64,000 bases of DNA. Origin: Alphaproteobacteria bacterium. GTDB taxonomy: Bacteria; Pseudomonadota; Alphaproteobacteria; UBA2966. Under the pieces are notes generated by a model, which saw nothing but the letters and a program-made list of their open reading frames with translations, had not been told where the DNA came from and made no database searches. A program made the translations under genes and the position numbers. The stretch is from assembly GCA_964291395.2 (NCBI GenBank), contig OZ219856.1, positions 320,001 to 384,000 of the forward strand. Reading direction: 5' to 3'. This document shows, piece after piece, positions 62,417 to 64,000 of this stretch; within the stretch, counting starts at the first letter, position 1, and each line of letters opens with the position of its first letter.

Positions 62417-62614
62417 ACCGCTTCCCTCTGGATAGCTGCCGGGGGTGCGAACACCCCCCGAACGCCCGGCTTGTCATCAAAACGGAGTCTCTCGTCCATC
62501 TGAGCACGAAACGCGCGAGCAATCACCCGTGAGCGCGACGAGAGACGCCTGGAGGGAAAGGCCGTCAGGCCGCACTCGGCGCTGAACGGAAACACGCCCA
62601 CAGATGCGCGCCGT

Positions 62615-62654
62615 GCGCAAGGCCGTGCTGGTTCGAGTCCAGCCGCCTGCAGCA
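62615..62654 (+). repeat. Degenerate copy of tRNA-Leu 3' end (att-like)
   Basis: GCGCAAGGCCGTGCTGGTTCGAGTCCAGCCGCCTGCAGCA, 37/40 identical to 53071-53110. Confidence 0.85.
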
Positions 62655-62741
62655 AACCGTTCGAACGACATCCTCCTCGGTTGAGAGCGTGCGGCCCGCT
62701 CGTGTAGACAGGATGGAGACACAGGAGAGGAGGAGGCGTCG

Positions 62742-64000
62742 ATGACCGAGCTGTCCAAATCGGAGATCGCCGAGATTGCCGCGAAGCTGCCCATCCGGAC
62801 CCGGGCCTTCATCGACGGCGAGTACCATCCGGCCGCGTCGGGCCAGACCTTCGCGACCGTCAATCCGGCGACCGGCGAGCACATCGCCGATGTCGCGCAC
62901 TGCGGCGGCGAGGACGTCGACCGGGCCGTCCGAGCGGCCCGCCGCGCCTTCGACGGCGGCGCATGGTCGCGCGCGGCCCCCGAACACCGCAAGGAAGTGC
63001 TGCTCAAGCTCGCCGACCTCGTGCGCGCCAATGCCGCGGAAATCGCGGTGATGGAAAGCACCGACGTCGGCAAGACGATCAGCGATGCGATGGACGAGAT
63101 CGGCGGCGAGGCCGTCAGCTACTTCCAATGGTACGCGGAACTCGCCGACAAGACCTTCGGCAAGGTCGCGACGACGGGCGAGGACGCCCTGGCCCTCATC
63201 GTCAAGGAGCCCGCCGGTGTCGCCGCGGCGGTCCTGCCCTGGAACTTCCCGTTCCTGATGGCCGTGTGGAAGGTGGCGACCGCGCTGGCGGCCGGCTGTT
63301 CCGTCATCCTCAAGCCGGCCGAGCAGACGCCGCTGACGACGATCTACCTCGCCGAACTGGCGACGGAGGCGGGCGTGCCTCCCGGCGTGATCAACGCCCT
63401 GCCGGGCCTCGGCGAGACCACGGGCCAGGCGCTGGGCCGGCACGGCGATATCGACGTCATCTCCTTCACCGGATCGACCGAGGTCGGCGGTTACTTCATG
63501 CGCTACGCGGGTGAGAGCAATCTCAAGTCCGTGGGCCTCGAGATGGGCGGGAAGAGCCCGTTCATCGTGCTGGACGACGCCGACCTCGACGATGACCTCA
63601 TCGAGCACGCGGCGCTCTCGGCCTTCTGGAACGCGGGCCAGAACTGCTCGGCGAACATGCGGCAGATCGTCGACGCCAGGCGAGCCGGGGAGTACGTCGA
63701 GCGCGTGACGGCCCGCGCCAATGCCTACAAGGTCGGCGATCCCCTGGATCCCGAGACCGAGATCGGCGCCATGATCACGTCCGAGCACCGGGACGTCGTC
63801 ATGGGCTACATCGAAAAGGGTCGGGCCGAGGGCGCGCGCCTTGTGGCCGGCGGCGCGACCCTGGATGCGCCGGGCTATTTCGTGCGGCCCACGGTGTTCG
63901 ACGGCCTGACCCCCGACATGACCATCTCGCGCGAGGAGATCTTCGGGCCGGTCCTCGGCGTCCTGCCGGTCAGGAGTTTCGACGAGGCCCTCGCCGTCGC
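62742..64000 (+). CDS. Aldehyde dehydrogenase (PuuC-like), runs off window end
   Basis: Not in the ORF track (no stop in window); AGGAGG RBS, LPWNFP, KPAEQTP, FTGSTEVG, LEMGGKSP, NAGQNCSA, EEIFGPV. Confidence 0.9.
   Translation, partial: MTELSKSEIAEIAAKLPIRTRAFIDGEYHPAASGQTFATVNPATGEHIADVAHCGGEDVDRAVRAARRAFDGGAWSRAAPEHRKEVLLKLADLVRANAAEIAVMESTDVGKTISDAMDEIGGEAVSYFQWYAELADKTFGKVATTGEDALALIVKEPAGVAAAVLPWNFPFLMAVWKVATALAAGCSVILKPAEQTPLTTIYLAELATEAGVPPGVINALPGLGETTGQALGRHGDIDVISFTGSTEVGGYFMRYAGESNLKSVGLEMGGKSPFIVLDDADLDDDLIEHAALSAFWNAGQNCSANMRQIVDARRAGEYVERVTARANAYKVGDPLDPETEIGAMITSEHRDVVMGYIEKGRAEGARLVAGGATLDAPGYFVRPTVFDGLTPDMTISREEIFGPVLGVLPVRSFDEALAV

Larger units (their letters stand above)
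53071..62654. mobile_element. Putative tRNA-Leu-integrated genomic island (integrase absent)
   Basis: Last 40 nt of tRNA-Leu (53071-53110) recur at 62615-62654 with 3 mismatches; accessory cargo, MITE and AT-rich patches in between. Confidence 0.7.

Noticed and set aside
62581-62654. Second full tRNA-Leu gene
   Set aside because: Only the variable arm, T arm and 3' acceptor side match; no D arm or anticodon loop, and no CCA

Overview
High-GC alphaproteobacterial chromosome segment (Rhodospirillales-like, judged from the purC-purS-purQ-purL-bolA-grxD cluster, the F1FO zeta-subunit gene and the radC-map-sfsA block). Housekeeping genes (gph, glmU, glmS, gabD, gor, nadE, cysS, trmJ, pur genes, map, tRNA-Val(CAC), tRNA-Leu(TAA)) alternate with catabolic accessory blocks. 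Main observations: (i) an MsmAB-like Rieske oxygenase with a short Rieske spacer; (ii) a ~10.4 kb block between purC and the zeta gene that holds two reciprocally decayed copies of an amidohydrolase-TRAP/TAXI operon and a 356-bp IS1202-family (ISNCY) remnant with a 17-bp target duplication; (iii) a halohydrin dehalogenase-type SDR; (iv) a ~9.5 kb integrase-less island bounded by tRNA-Leu and a 37/40 copy of its 3' end. That island opens with a 23-bp inverted-repeat element and three 21-bp tandem repeats, and carries a polyamine-type ABC transporter (binding protein with a 33-aa exact C-terminal duplication), a MITE, creatinase, an Lrp regulator and a choline-monooxygenase-like Rieske protein. 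No CRISPR, prophage or intact transposase was seen. All calls come from reading the sequence and recalling family motifs; no database searches were run.
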